A stretch of 50,113 nt of DNA, from assembly GCA_005788035.1 (NCBI GenBank), contig SXZI01000171.1, positions 1 to 50,113 of the forward strand. The letters are read 5' to 3'. Below are positions 48,162 to 50,113 of this stretch, in pieces; position 1 is the first letter of the stretch; every line of letters begins with the position of its first letter. The notes below the pieces were generated by a model. That model was not told the origin of the DNA and searched no databases. It saw only the letters and a program-made list of their open reading frames with translations. Origin of the DNA: Bacteroidota bacterium. GTDB lineage: Bacteria > Bacteroidota > Ignavibacteria > Kapaibacteriales > UBA961. The translations under genes were made by a program, and so were the position numbers.

Positions 48162-49078
48162 GAGCGTACATGCATTGAAAGTCTGTGCAAACTCCATATG
48201 ATGATAGATGCACAAAATAAATGAATAGGTTGCATCAGGGCAGGCACAGAAAAATATGTCATAACTATGCCGGATAGTGTTGATATAGTTAAACCTGAAG
48301 TTAATAAGACGGCAGGTATAATCACCCTCTTCCACATTGCATATGAGGTTTTGAATGTATAAAGGATATATCCATTGAGTCCCAAAATCAAAAGAGAGAA
48401 TGATCTGTGAACGGGGAATATATTGGAGAGATTATCAATCCAAATCTCTCTTTGCATAAAATTGAGTGATTTTGCCAATACGTCGATTTCTTCTCTTACC
48501 TGTGTGCCTAACAATACCTGTAGAAACATTAAAGCAAGTGCAATGTAGGTGAATCTATGCATGCGTCTATCTCGTATCCTTTCAGGATACTCAGTGAAAG
48601 CTACATAATTAGCGATCATCAGAATCAGAAATGCGACCATCATATGAATTGTTATACGATAGGGTGCCAGATTCGATGAAACTACAAGAGCACCAAGCCA
48701 TCCCTGAAAACCTGTGAGAAACAATAATAGCAGTGAACCCCAAAAGCGATGCGGATACTGTTTTCTTTTCGATAGCGATAATCCAGCTTGTACTAATACA
48801 GATATTCCAAGCAAAGCACCTAAAAGGCGATTTATATACTCAATCCATGTTTTCGTGGCATCGAACGGATCTGCGGGAATACCATCATTAGCATACAGTT
48901 CTTGATACTTTGCAGGTAATTGATCTGCAGATGTTGGTGGTATGATTAGACCATAGCATGATGGCCAATCGGGGCAACCCATTCCTGATTGTGTAGACCT
49001 AACTATACTACCCGCTGCTATCACCAAAATGACCAAAATGGTAGTTATGGAATATATATGTCGGGAAGAAAATCTCAT
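48158..49078 (-). CDS. ctaA: heme A synthase (COX15/CtaA)
   Basis: VR.TQSGMGCPDWP.CYG, WIEYINRL, QGWLG, H(M), HRSF, HL; ATG 49078 overlaps the upstream TGA. Confidence 0.88.
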   Translation of the reverse strand: MRFSSRHIYSITTILVILVIAAGSIVRSTQSGMGCPDWPSCYGLIIPPTSADQLPAKYQELYANDGIPADPFDATKTWIEYINRLLGALLGISVLVQAGLSLSKRKQYPHRFWGSLLLLFLTGFQGWLGALVVSSNLAPYRITIHMMVAFLILMIANYVAFTEYPERIRDRRMHRFTYIALALMFLQVLLGTQVREEIDVLAKSLNFMQREIWIDNLSNIFPVHRSFSLLILGLNGYILYTFKTSYAMWKRVIIPAVLLTSGLTISTLSGIVMTYFSVPALMQPIHLFCASIIIWSLHRLSMHVRS

Positions 49079-50112
49079 TGTGCAATATAGAATTCGGTGA
49101 ACAATCTGTGGAGATTCCAAATATCAATCTTGGATGCAATCTCGAAAGGGGAATGCATCGAAAGTAGAGGTATTCCAATATCGATTACCTCCATATCTTC
49201 TTTGCTCATTTGTCCTCCAATGGTTCCACCTCCGCCGGTTTCAACTTTATAAGAGGCTGTTTGCCAGGGAATTGATTTCTTGTCAAGAATATTACGCATC
49301 CATGCTGTGAATTCGGAATTTGCATCAAATGATCTTCCATACCGTTTGATGCTGGGGCCAAAACCGAGTTTTGCAGCATTGGTGCGTTCAGACAAGCCGG
49401 GGAATAATGGACTGATTCCATCATTTGCATCAGCAGATATGACTTTTGCCTGAGATAGAGCAGTTCTTGTTGTATTCTCGGAGAATGTTTGCCCTGCTTG
49501 AGCTTCTGCAATAATGCCATAAATCTTATTCAAAAATGATGAAGATGCGCCTGTATTATTAACATTACCTGTTTCTTCATTATCAACGATATAGGCCAAT
49601 GATGTATAAGTAGGGCTTTTATCAAGATCAATTAATGAACGAATTGCCACATAACTGCATGATCTATCATCTTGACCATAAGATCCAATCAGCGAACGGT
49701 CTAGGCCAATATCACGAGGGGCAAGAGCGGGTGTGATATGTAATTCCGCACTGACTAGATCTTCTTCTGTGCAATTGTACGAGGAAGAAAGTATGCTCAT
49801 GACGGTATTGATGATTGAGTTTTTTTGATCAGGTATTGAACCAATGATTGGATCCATTTCTTCGCCTTCCATTACCCCGGTATACTCGCGTTTACGCAAT
49901 GGGGAATCCACATGCGGTGCAGCATCAGGAATAATAATGACAGGATCTTCAGGTTTTCTGCCTATTTCAACTTGAATGGTAGATCCATCTTTTTTATCGA
50001 TTCTTCCGGACAACATCAACGGTATATTCAACCACTGATATTTCTTAATCCCACCATAGTATATCGTTTGAAATAAAGCAAAACCTTCTTGTTCATATAA
50101 TGGTCGGGCTTT
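49075..50112 (-). CDS. M18 family (aspartyl) aminopeptidase, partial (N-terminus beyond the window end)
   Basis: The frame stays open to the window end (...YYGGIKKYQWLNIPL); YGQDDR, DNEE.G, SAD, GGGGTI, SMHSP. Confidence 0.92.
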   Translation of the reverse strand, partial: KARPLYEQEGFALFQTIYYGGIKKYQWLNIPLMLSGRIDKKDGSTIQVEIGRKPEDPVIIIPDAAPHVDSPLRKREYTGVMEGEEMDPIIGSIPDQKNSIINTVMSILSSSYNCTEEDLVSAELHITPALAPRDIGLDRSLIGSYGQDDRSCSYVAIRSLIDLDKSPTYTSLAYIVDNEETGNVNNTGASSSFLNKIYGIIAEAQAGQTFSENTTRTALSQAKVISADANDGISPLFPGLSERTNAAKLGFGPSIKRYGRSFDANSEFTAWMRNILDKKSIPWQTASYKVETGGGGTIGGQMSKEDMEVIDIGIPLLSMHSPFEIASKIDIWNLHRLFTEFYIAQ

Positions 50113-50113
50113 G

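Noticed and set aside
1-50113. CRISPR arrays, tRNA/rRNA, IS elements, prophage, riboswitches
   Set aside because: No spaced direct repeats, RNA-gene signatures or mobile genes were seen by eye, and all intergenic gaps are under about 230 bp. An Infernal/Rfam scan would be needed to exclude small RNAs.

Overview
This is a gene-dense, AT-rich bacterial chromosomal window made up mostly of housekeeping genes: about 47 CDS, partial at both ends, with many 1-4 bp gene overlaps. It appears to come from the FCB group. The evidence is two T9SS C-terminal-domain proteins, repeated TAnnTTTG -7 promoter elements, a Bacteroidota-type GlyA insert, DUF3109 and a bS22-like peptide. Clear Shine-Dalgarno sites point to an Ignavibacteria/Kapabacteria/Chlorobi-like lineage rather than Bacteroidia (inference, not verified by a search). 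Recognisable genes include mrp, mce, a GlmU N-terminal-only protein, panD, a fused E1 alpha/beta, glyA, rpoN, a pyrD-like gene, phnE, an RRM protein, gdh, hppD, hisC, an mqnA-like gene, psd, lnt, nadD, queC, sppA, HU, recN, a UbiA/DprE1-like pair, topA, fur, speA, namZ, plsC, lon, glgA, ispE, bcp, ctaA and an M18 aminopeptidase. I found no rRNA, tRNA, CRISPR array, integrase, transposase or defence island, and no demonstrably new system. The best leads are: (1) a small membrane protein + YceI + CxxCH-bearing T9SS cargo trio; (2) a metal ABC permease fused to a DtxR-like domain and separated from its ATPase; (3) an RSH-type small hydrolase lacking its metal-ligand Asp, coupled to recN; (4) a class-2-like PyrD with a Cys at the catalytic position; (5) a degenerate MqnA-like protein; (6) a hisC-hppD-gdh catabolic cluster; (7) a 31-aa bS22-like gene missed by the ORF track. 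All protein calls come from motif recognition by eye. Several starts were moved downstream of the ORF-track starts.
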